Shown here: positions 1-10,300 of the stretch, piece after piece
Layout of the letters: each line of letters starts with the position of its first letter
How positions within the stretch are numbered: the stretch's first letter is position 1
NCBI RefSeq assembly: GCF_003991155.1
Contig: NZ_CP031293.1
Source: Escherichia coli
GTDB taxonomy: Bacteria > Pseudomonadota > Gammaproteobacteria > Enterobacterales > Enterobacteriaceae
DNA length: 64,000 bases
Direction: 5' to 3' (one strand)
Position numbers and translations under genes: made by a program
The notes under the pieces: generated by a model
What the model was told of the DNA's origin: nothing
Database searches by the model: none
What the model saw: the letters and a program-made list of their open reading frames with translations, nothing else

Positions 1-124
1 TTGCATCAAGGGAGTGATTTACATCTAAAAATGAAGGTGAATTGAGATATGGTTCACTTTAGCTCACCTTACAGCTGAAATTTTGCCGCTATTTTTTTAC
101 ACTTAAGAGAAAAATGAGGTGATT

Positions 125-1072
125 ATGGAACCCCTTCGTGAAATAAGAAATCGACTGCTTAACGGCTGGCAACTATCAAAACTGCATACTTTTGAAGTGG
201 CAGCCAGGCATCAGTCCTTCGCCCTTGCGGCAGAGGAATTGTCGCTGAGCCCCAGTGCGGTAAGTCACCGTATCAATCAGCTGGAAGAAGAATTAGGTAT
301 TCAGTTGTTTGTTCGTTCCCATCGCAAAGTGGAATTAACGCACGAGGGGAAACGCGTTTATTGGGCGCTAAAATCGTCGCTGGATACCCTGAACCAGGAA
401 ATTCTTGATATCAAAAATCAGGAATTATCGGGAACGTTAACGCTGTATTCCCGGCCCTCTATCGCCCAATGCTGGTTGGTGCCCGCATTAGGTGACTTTA
501 CACGCCGATATCCGTCTATTTCGCTCACCGTGCTCACTGGTAATGACAATGTCAATTTGCAACGTGCCGGAATCGATTTGGCGATCTACTTTGATGATGC
601 GCCGTCAGCGCAATTGGCTCATCACTTTCTGATGGATGAAGAAATCTTGCCTGTATGTAGCCCGGAATACGCTCAAAGACATGCTTTAACCAACCAGGTA
701 ATTAACCTGCGCCACTGTACGTTGCTCCATGACAGACAGGCATGGAGCAACGACTCCGGTACGGATGAATGGCATAGTTGGGCGCAACATTATGCGGTTA
801 ATTTGCCGACATCTTCTGGGATTGGCTTTGATCGTTCTGATTTAGCTGTTATCGCTGCGATGAATCATATTGGGGTAGCGATGGGAAGAAAACGCCTGGT
901 ACAAAAAAGGCTTGCCAGTGGTGAGCTCGTCGCGCCGTTTGGCGATATGACGGTGAAATGCCATCAGCATTATTACATCACCACATTACCAGGCAGGCAG
1001 TGGCCAAAAATTGAGGCATTTATTACTTGGTTAAGAGAACAGGTAAGTCAATATGAATGTTATACCTTATAA
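125..1072 (+). CDS. dsdC: LysR-family transcriptional activator of D-serine utilisation (DsdC)
   Basis: Protein matches remembered DsdC nearly residue for residue (MEPLREIRNRLLNGWQLSK..., LysR HTH). ORF track starts at GTG 119; ATG at 125 preceded by GAGG is the likely start. Confidence 0.9.
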   Translation: MEPLREIRNRLLNGWQLSKLHTFEVAARHQSFALAAEELSLSPSAVSHRINQLEEELGIQLFVRSHRKVELTHEGKRVYWALKSSLDTLNQEILDIKNQELSGTLTLYSRPSIAQCWLVPALGDFTRRYPSISLTVLTGNDNVNLQRAGIDLAIYFDDAPSAQLAHHFLMDEEILPVCSPEYAQRHALTNQVINLRHCTLLHDRQAWSNDSGTDEWHSWAQHYAVNLPTSSGIGFDRSDLAVIAAMNHIGVAMGRKRLVQKRLASGELVAPFGDMTVKCHQHYYITTLPGRQWPKIEAFITWLREQVSQYECYTL

Positions 1073-1428
1073 TACATTAAATCATCTGGTTCCTAAATAA
1101 CCTTATTATGCACTGTAAGTGTATGTTGGCTTTATAAATTGCAATTTTTATATGGGAATTGTTTTGTCAATAGTTACGAAAAGGATAAATAAAATAACCA
1201 CATCTTCTTGGCGTCGAATATTGGAGAGCGATAATTTATAGTAAACTAGATTACCAGAGAAAAGATAAGTGGCAATATATTTGCTGGTGGCATTTTTATT
1301 AAATATTATATGTGTTGGTTTGTGACTTTAAAAAAATTAATTTTTAATAAAAAGGTGATTTATTTCTCATTTTGATTAATATTGAGGATCCATTATGATT
1401 ATCAGTTGTATGTCATAAAAATGAGGGG

Positions 1429-1452
1429 CTAAAAGCCTCAATGAATTGAGGC
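1429..1452 (-). terminator. Probable intrinsic terminator downstream of the minus-strand recombinase gene
   Basis: Minus-strand hairpin gcctcaat-tca-ttgaggc followed by TTTTA, immediately 3' of the stop at 1467. Confidence 0.45.
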
Positions 1453-1466
1453 CTTTAGAACAGGGG

Positions 1467-2036
1467 TTATATCTTCTTTATATCTAACACATCACTCTCC
1501 CATACTCGTTTAAATCTTGCTGCATTACTGGCTGTATATAATACCGTATGATGTATATTTCTGTGCCCTAAATAATCTTGTATTAGTCTGGTGTCTAACC
1601 CTTGATTAGCTAAAGCATACCCACAACCATGCCTAAGCATGTGAGGATGAATATTAATATTCATATTGTGACTATATTTCTTACACATCTTATACACATA
1701 TTGTCTCGAGATTTTATTTCCTTGACAAGAAAGAAATAAAGAGTCTTCAAAAGGTTTTTTTACTATGTTATCACGTAGTGCTAGCCATTTTTTTAATAAC
1801 AGAACAGTTTCTTTTTGCAGGGGATGTACTGTGGATAATCCATTTTTTAAACGCTTGATATATATTGCTGACTCTGAAAAGTCAATGTCGCTAATCTTTA
1901 GTGCAATAAGCTCGCTTACCCTAAGACCATGTACATATGCCATTTGTAACATGGCTTTATCTCTAATTTCATTTTTTGAACCGTTGATGGCTTCAAAAAA
2001 TAACAACCATTCACTATGAGTAATAAATTTGCGCAT
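1467..2036 (-). CDS. FimB/FimE-family tyrosine site-specific recombinase (possibly ipbA or ipuA of the ipuS/upaE locus)
   Basis: 189 aa with the Fim-recombinase hallmarks (HGLRVSEL..., HPHMLRHGCGYALANQGLDTRLIQDYLGHRNIHHTVLYT). Which of the two names applies is not certain. Confidence 0.8.
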   Translation of the reverse strand: MRKFITHSEWLLFFEAINGSKNEIRDKAMLQMAYVHGLRVSELIALKISDIDFSESAIYIKRLKNGLSTVHPLQKETVLLLKKWLALRDNIVKKPFEDSLFLSCQGNKISRQYVYKMCKKYSHNMNINIHPHMLRHGCGYALANQGLDTRLIQDYLGHRNIHHTVLYTASNAARFKRVWESDVLDIKKI

Positions 2037-2784
2037 AATATTATCGGTTATACTAATTAAGTTAAAAAATAAACTATAAATACCAGAGCCTGGTATTATT
2101 GCTTGTTTTTTATAAGCAAATAATGAGCTGGGGTTTAAATTATGCCACTAAATGGATATTCATCAATACCCCGCCAGAGAGATAGTTGCCCAGCGGGCAT
2201 AGATCATTGTTAGTCAACCAATGAGCATAAATAAGCACAAGGAGGTGTGTATTGCGAATAGTAATTCAATGACATGCTGGTGGTTTTTTTGTGGTGAAAA
2301 TATTTGTACCTTTTTGTTTACGGATGAAAAATAAACAGTCATATTATTTTGGTCAATTGTTGTGTTAGTTTTAACACTCGGTGATGTTTTTTGTTATAGT
2401 GCATTAAATTTTAAATAAAAAAATTCATACATTCATGGATGTAATATATACAAGATACAATGTTAATTTTAGATAAAATATTAATTGCATTGGATACTTT
2501 TTAAATATGCCGATGTTGAGCTTAATTTTATGAGGGAATGCTATTTCGGGTTGTAGGACTTTTTTATAATCATCTTATAGGGCTCTTTATATTTACAGGA
2601 GGGTTTTGAACGATAGTTACATAACGAAGGTTGTTTATATGCGTTTACAAGCGATTAATTAGATTAGGTGAATTTTAATAAATTAATCTATAATCATACA
2701 GCAACTATATGAATTATATTATTGACTAAATGTAATTCTTTCATCATAGTTGACATGGTTATTTTATATAAATAGAGGTGATTT

Positions 2785-3414
2785 ATGCAAAACAGAAAAT
2801 TTTTAACGCATCATGAAATTAATTTACTACTTCAATCTGTAAGACAAAAGAGTTGCTCTTCACGCGATGTTTGCATGATTTTATTGGCTTATTTTCATGG
2901 TCTGCGTGTTAGTGAGCTCTTATCTCTGCAGTTGTCAGATTTAGAACTAACTACAGAAAAAATATATATTCAACGGATAAAAAATGGATTCAGTACAGTC
3001 CATCCACTTCAAAAGGAAGAGGTGATTGCAATAACAAACTGGCTGAATGAAAGGAATTCATTAAATGTTAAACATTTCAATGATAACCCGTGGTTATTTG
3101 TTTCCCGAACAGGAAAACCATTATCGAGACAACGATTTTATAACATAGTTTCTGCTGCGGGTAAAAATGCAGGTTTAAATATTAAAGTTCATCCACATAT
3201 GTTACGCCATGCATGTGGTTATTCACTAGCAGATAATGGTGTGGATACCCGTCTTATTCAGGACTATCTCGGGCATCGTAATATCAGGCATACGGTAATT
3301 TATACTGCTTCTAATTCAATGAGATTTGAAAAAATGTGGGGGAGAGGTGACGCAAAAAAGCAACATTTTGACCCAAAATGTAAACCCAATCTTTGTTTAG
3401 AAATTCTCGTATAG
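2785..3414 (+). CDS. FimB/FimE-family tyrosine site-specific recombinase (second paralogue, possibly ipuA)
   Basis: 209 aa; same catalytic block (HPHMLRHACGYSLADNGVDTRLIQDYLGHRNIRHTVIYT). Divergent from the first recombinase across about 750 bp of AT-rich DNA. Confidence 0.8.
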   Translation: MQNRKFLTHHEINLLLQSVRQKSCSSRDVCMILLAYFHGLRVSELLSLQLSDLELTTEKIYIQRIKNGFSTVHPLQKEEVIAITNWLNERNSLNVKHFNDNPWLFVSRTGKPLSRQRFYNIVSAAGKNAGLNIKVHPHMLRHACGYSLADNGVDTRLIQDYLGHRNIRHTVIYTASNSMRFEKMWGRGDAKKQHFDPKCKPNLCLEILV

Positions 3415-3770
3415 AAAAACATTTTTTTCTATAAAAAACATTAAATTTACTGATTTAGATCAATGTGTGACGTCAATCTACACATAAAGAGGTAGGTTTG
3501 TCTTCTTTTTAATCTTTGGCGTATAAAGCCAAAATGTAAATAATAATCAAAATTATATTCTGAATTAAAATAAATACGCAGGTTTTTTACCTGCGTTTTG
3601 TGCTATTTATAGTTAATTAAATTGATGTTGTCAAAATGGGTCATTTTGTAAACCTGTGCCTCAAGGTTTGTCTCCCCCCGGTGTGCAAAGCAAAAGGAAA
3701 TTGGGAAAGGGGATAACAGGAAATTGATTGCATGGTTTTGATTACGACGACAAAAAATATTTTTATAATT
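3415..3770. promoter_or_regulatory. Candidate invertible promoter switch (ipuS-like) between recombinase and LuxR regulator; boundaries not resolved
   Basis: AT-rich spacer holding a palindrome tagat...tgacgtca...atcta (3456-3480), hairpin acgcagg/cctgcgt (3576-3600), a 10-bp direct repeat aggtttgtct (3494-3503, 3664-3673) and short AT-rich inverted repeats tataaaaa/tttttata (3430-3437, 3760-3767). Position is analogous to fimS. Confidence 0.35.
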
Positions 3771-4352
3771 CAAGCAATTAAGAGTATGCGTTGGCGGGGT
3801 TTTTCGTACGTGAAAGTCATCGCTGTGGACGACTATTCTTCTCTGATTCGTGATTTTGGCACATCTTGCTTTCGGGATGAGCAATCGTTGTTGTTACCTG
3901 TATTCCCTGATAATGATTCTACTACCTGTATACGCTCACTGTATTTCATTCACCAATGGCTAAAAAGCCAGCCTGTCAATATTCCGTGCCTGGCATGGGG
4001 GGATAATGGTGTAGTTAGTAATAAAGGCATACCTTCCATACCGTGGAAATTAACAGCAGAGCAATTTTGTTTCTATATAGATAAATTTATCAATGGCTGG
4101 AGGTGCAAAAAAAATATTCGCGCGAGTCATAAAGTTTCTTTTTTAGAACGACAATTATCCCCGAGGGAGAAAAGTATCTTTATATATACCAAGGAAGGAA
4201 AAGATATTGCATGGATCTCTAACACCTTGGGTATATCCAGTAAGACTGTGTGGACGCATCGTCGTAGAGCTATGGATAAACTCGGGGTAAAACGTTTACA
4301 TCAATTTATAAATATTCCGCGTTCCCTTATTAGTGAAAATATTCAATTATAA
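3732..4352 (+). CDS. ipuR: LuxR-family transcriptional regulator (IpuR-like)
   Basis: C-terminal LuxR-type HTH (REKSIFIYTKEGKDIAWISNTLGISSKTVWTHRRRAMDKLGV). Sits directly upstream of the autotransporter. True start may be an internal Met. Confidence 0.6.
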   Translation: MVLITTTKNIFIIQAIKSMRWRGFSYVKVIAVDDYSSLIRDFGTSCFRDEQSLLLPVFPDNDSTTCIRSLYFIHQWLKSQPVNIPCLAWGDNGVVSNKGIPSIPWKLTAEQFCFYIDKFINGWRCKKNIRASHKVSFLERQLSPREKSIFIYTKEGKDIAWISNTLGISSKTVWTHRRRAMDKLGVKRLHQFINIPRSLISENIQL

Positions 4353-4376
4353 TGTACGTTCAAGAGTATTAGTGTT

Positions 4377-7300
4377 ATGAATAAGATATATAAAGTCATT
4401 TGGAACCATACAACCCAAAAATGGGATGTTGTTTCAGAATTGACGAGTTGTAGAAAAAAATGTAAATCAACTCGCTTAGGAATTGCTTTATCAGCAATGG
4501 TTCTGGGGGGCGCTATTGCAATTAATTGCAATAACGCAATGGCAGATGTCATATTGTCACCAGACTGGCGTCCGGGTACGAATAACTCGGGTGTTGGGGC
4601 TGCAACAGTAAGTGGTAAAACCGAATACATCACTGGTCCAAATGTCGTCCAGTCTGGTGGGTCAGGTCTTATCTGGATGACTGTAGAACAGGCAATTTTA
4701 AATGGTTACACCACTGGAGATAATTTATCCGGATTGATTTACGTCAATACCGGAGAAAAAACAAAAACCATTACAGTGAAGGATGAGGCTACTGGCGCTT
4801 CTCAAACACTTCAAGTGTTTGATACTGACTCTTTCTCACAACGCGATGCGGGGACTGGGGGAAATGAAACCATTCCTGGTTTTAGTGGCACTGCAGATTT
4901 TTTCAATGCGACACGTTTTGTAACAGCCAATAATGGCGGTACGGCTATTTTGGATGTGGGTTCACCAGCAATCGGTAATTTTTTTAAAAATACACAGCTT
5001 GCTGTAGCTGATGGAGAAGGTTCCTCTGTTGTATGGAACTCGGTCAATGATTTTTATTTTCAGCCTGGTGCAACCATGCAGGGGGGCGGCGTTACTCAAA
5101 AAATCATTGACTCAATGAAATATGCTGGAACAATTACTGATTGGGCGGGAAAAACACACCATATTAACTCTCTTGATGATTTAAAGCAATATAATCAATA
5201 TTTGATAAAGTCACTAGAGGACAAAACGCTTTCTTATAAGCAGTATGATGCTGAATTTAATAAGGCCCTTATTGTCACCAAGCATAATTACAATGTGGAT
5301 ATGACCGCTGGGGGACGTATAGACTCAACTCCTTACAAAGAAAATGTAGGGCTGCTTGCTGTTCTCCATGCAACCAATAACGCACGAGCAATATTAGGTA
5401 AAACGGGTAAATTAACTGGAGTTCTTCCTGCCTATGGGAATGGAGGAGGGATCGTTGCAACTAATGGTGGGACCGGTGTTAATGAAGGGGTCATTGATGC
5501 CATTGGTACTGAAATGATTGCCTATCAAGACAGTACCATTGTTAACGATGGTACACTTTTTGTTTGGGATAATAATGATAAATATGCTCTCCAGGCAGAG
5601 GGGATGGTTGCCGGTAGTAATGGTTCTTCAGCCATTAATAATGGTGTTATTAATATTCGCCCATTTAAAAATGCTTTCGCTCCAGAGGGGATTAACACCG
5701 CAATTGTTGTTAGTAATGGGGGCATGGCAACAAATAAAGGCACAATAAATATTACTGCCGATGCATCAACTAATGATAATAATGGCAAAACACGAGGTGT
5801 AAATGTTGGAGCTGGAGGCTCTTTTATTAACTCGGCCTTCGGGAGCATCAATGTAGGTATTGCGGAGGATAAAACTGCGACTCATTCGGCTGTGGGTTCT
5901 GTTGCGATTGAAGTACAAAATGGTGCAAACAAAGTCGTTAATGAAGGTACTATTTTTTTGGGCAGGGGGGCTCAGGGGAACTACGGAGTCCTGGCAAAGG
6001 ATGCCGGGAGTGTTGATGTGGTAAATAAAGGGACTATCACTATTGACGGTTATGACAGTGATGCACCTGCACTGAATGTTGGCATGCTGGCAAATAATAG
6101 CTCCGGGATGAAAAACTCCGGGATTATCAATGTTAATGGTCTGAACAGTACCGGGCTACAGGTAATAAATGCAGGGCAATTAAATTCTGACGGTACGATA
6201 AATGTTGGCGGCGAGGGTATCAGTAGTGGTTTCCGTAACTATGGTGCCTGGGTGGAAGGTGCCGGAAGCAATGTTAATGTATCCGGAAAAATCAGTCTTG
6301 CCGGTACGGGGGCTGTGGGGGTTTTTGCCAAAGATGGCGGCAGTCTGACCCTGTCAGGCAATGGCGCAGTGCTATTTGGCAGCAGCGATCAGATAGGCTT
6401 TTATGTCTATGGAAAGGACTCTGCCATTCATAATACCGGAAGCGGTGTTATGGATGTGTCCACTGAAAACTCAACATTATTCCGTATTGCCAGCGGTGCG
6501 ACATTCCAGGGAACTGCAGATGCTTCTTCTGCACTTACGGCGTCTGGTAAGAACTCTTATGCACTTATTGCCACGGGGAAATCGGATGGCGGTGTGGCCT
6601 CGACAGTAACGTCTGGAGGAATGACCATCAACCTGACGGGTGAGGGGGCTACAGCGACTTTAATTGAAGGGGGAGCGCAGGGCACAATTGAAAGTAATGC
6701 CATTATCAATATGGATAATGCCAGTGCGATAGCCGGTATTGCGGATGGCAATGGCTATGATATTTCCGGCAACCTCATTAATCCGAAGGACAAGACCACA
6801 CTATTAACGGCGGGGGCTCAGTTAAGTTCCACCCAGGATAAAGTGACCGGGTATATCGCCCGTAATGGGGCCACTCTAAATAATACCGGTAATATCATCT
6901 TTACCGGAAAGAATACAGTGGGCGTCCGGGTTGAGGAAGGCGCTGTTGGAACCAACAGCGGAAATATTACCGTACAGGATGGCGGTGTGGGATTAATTGC
7001 CAGTGCGGTGCAGGAAACCACGACAATTAATAACTCGGGAAATCTCGTTCTCAAGGGGGGAGATAATGCTAACCGTACAACGGGTATAAAAGCATCTGGT
7101 ACAACAACAACGGTTAATATGACCGCGGGTACTATATCTTTGCAGGGACAGGGGGCGATTGGCGTTGAGGCCAGCAATAAAGGGACTGTTAACCTTGATG
7201 GCTCGGCAGTACCGAACTTTGCTGCTGACGGCTCTGGTATTACCGATCAGATTGCTTTTCGTATTATCGGAGATGGTGCAACCATTAAGACGAATATTGC

Positions 7301-10300
7301 ACCGGGAACTCTGCTGGATGCCAGTGGGGAACGTTCTGTACTTTTCCGTATTGAAGATGGGGCAAAACAGGCCGGCTCTCTGCTGATGAAAACCTCCGGG
7401 ACAGGCAGCCGTGGTATCTGGGCCACAGGGAAAGGGAGCAATGTCCTGGCTGAGGCTGGCAGTGATTTCCAGATCCTGGGCGCTCAGGCTCAGGGATTAT
7501 ATGTAACTGGTGGTGCGACAGCGACGCTGAAACAGGGGGCATCAGTTAACCTTGTAGGGGATGGCGCTGTTGTCGCGGAAGTTGACGGAAATGAATACGC
7601 TCTGGATGGCAGTATTACACAAACGAATACTGGCTCGGTTATTACCAATGAGGCAGATATCTCTTCGCCGCTGAATAATGCCAAGGGCTTTATTACGCGT
7701 AATCAGGGACTGTTGATTAACAGCGGCAACATTGATTTCACTGCCGGTACCGATAATATCGGCGTCTGGGTTGATAACGGCCGCTTTGAAAATACAGGAA
7801 GCCGTATTGCGGTCAATGGTGTTGCTTTATTTGTTGAAGGCGCACAGTCTCAGATTACCAGCACGGGAGGGGATATCGTCGCTGTGGACGGTGAGGCTGC
7901 CATTAAGCTGGGGGCGGGCGCGTCACTGAACCTGGCAGGGAGTGGCCTGGGAACGATCGAAGGTCAGAAAAATGCGCATGGCATCCTGCTGGATACAGGG
8001 GCTGTGGGGCTGGTTATTGATGGTGCGAAAATCAATGTTAATGCTGCAGGTGCGGTCGGTCACGGGATTGAGAACCGTGCAGAAATTGAAGGTATCCAGT
8101 TAACCAATACGACTGAAATTAATGTGGCTGATGGCATTGGTGTGCGAACTTCTGCTTCTCTGGCGAAGACCAACAGCGGCACTATTAATGTAGACGGCAG
8201 TGGAATTGCACTGGCGTTCCAGAAAGCTGACGGAAGTGAAACCGATAATAACCTGGATATGTCTGACTCCGGCGGATTAGTCATTAATCTGAAAGGCACG
8301 GGCGGCACGGGTATTTTCGCCAACACTAAAGATGGTGCTGTCGTGAAGAGTGGTGCAAGTGTCAATGTTACACAGGCCGATGGCGGTTCCGCTCTGGTGG
8401 TTAACAATGCGGCCAGTGAAGTGGTTCAGAGCGGTAATCTCATTTCTGCTTCTCTGAATCATGCCGTGGTGGATGCTTCAAAAGCACAGTCCTTTACCAA
8501 TAAAGGTCAGATTAAAGCTGCGTCCGCCACCGGGACTGCAATGGCGTTTGATGACGCAGTGAATACCACCGTACTGAATGACAGCGGCGCTAAAATTCAG
8601 GGCATTGTGGCCCTGAATGGGGGGGATAATTCATTTACCAATAAAGGCAGTATTACCGGAACCGTCAGTGCAAAAGAGGGTAACAATACATTTTTATTTG
8701 ATGATGGCAGCATACTGACAGGAGAAGTGACTGCAGGAAATGGCAATAACAATGTAACGCTCAATGGTAAGGCTCATGTTGATAAGGTTACTGCCGGTAC
8801 CGGGAAGAACACCTTCACCATTAAAGGCGAAGGGGCAACCTGGAACCTGCTGGATGGCGGGCAGGGAGATTCTGATTCCCTGATTTTTGATAACGCCATT
8901 CATACGCTGGATTCTGCTGTAAAACTACGGAATTTTGAACATGTCGGGCTGAAGAACAGTTCGCTTGTCACTCTGAAGGAAGCTCTTGTGCTGACCGATG
9001 GTGGGACCGGCCCGGGTTCCGTCGATATTGAAACGGGCAGCGAACTGACCATTATTCCTGCAGTTGCAGGCAACTTTACCTTTGATCCACTGTTAACAGG
9101 CACAGGAACACTGTCTGCCCGTCTTGATGCCGACACATCTGCTTTTGAATTCAGCCATAACGTCGGGGATCAATTTGCCGGAACTCTGAAGCTGGGTACC
9201 AGTAGCTTTGCTCTGGAAGGGCTGAATACGAGCGGGTTAACCCATGCAATGCTGATGTCTGAAACCGGGAATATCACAACGGTTGGCTCCGGTGTTCAGC
9301 AGATTGGCGGTCTTGGGTTCAATGGCGGAACGCTGATTTTTGGTTCCGTTATGCCGGGCGATACCATTGCCAGCAACAGTATTGAAACCTCTGCTGCAGG
9401 TACGCTGGATATCCGGGGGAAAGGCACAATTCAGGTCACCATGCCAGATGAAGTGATTAATGATATTCCGGCTGTTGATACCCGTAAGAATTTGCTGGAG
9501 CAGGATGATGCGCAGACCCTGGTCACACTGGTGAATGCAGCGGGTACCGTCACCGGTACTGGCGGGCAACTGCAACTGGTGGATGAAAACGGGCAGGCTA
9601 TTTCCCACAGTCAGACGTTTGATGTCACTCAGGGCGGTGAAGTTGTAGCTCAGGGAAATTATGACTATAAGCTGCTGGGAAGCTCCGACGGTGTTAAAGG
9701 TGACGGACTGTACATAGGCTATGGGCTGAAGTCGCTGGATTTACAGGGAACCGGTGATAAAGCGCTGGTGCTGACACCGAGAGCGAATGCCCAGGGACTG
9801 CAGACAGATCTTGGCGCACAGTTAACGGGGGCAGGGGATCTGGCCATCGAAGCTGCGGGGCAGGTTGTCACACTGTCTAACGGCGGTAATAACTACACCG
9901 GGGATACGCTGGTGCGCAGCGGCACATTACAGATGGCAAATGATAATGTACTTGGCGCAACAGGTAATCTGAACGTCGCCAGCAATGCCGTCTTCAGAAC
10001 AAACGGATACAGCCAGACTGTCGGTGCACTGCAGACAGAAACGGGAGCGCACATTCAGCTTGATAGCGGTAGTGTACTAACGGTCAGCGGCACGCAGCGT
10101 CAGCCGGGGGATGATAATGGTGGCATCATTGAAAACAATGTGCTGACCGGAGACGGTACGCTGGCTGTCACGGGCAGCAATCTGACGGTACATGGCACCA
10201 ATATCGGGTTTACCGGTAATGCCAGCCTTACCCAGGGGGCGCTGGTTGAAATGAACGGCGCACAGGGGCTGGGAAGCCAGGGCTCCATCAGCTTTGAAAG

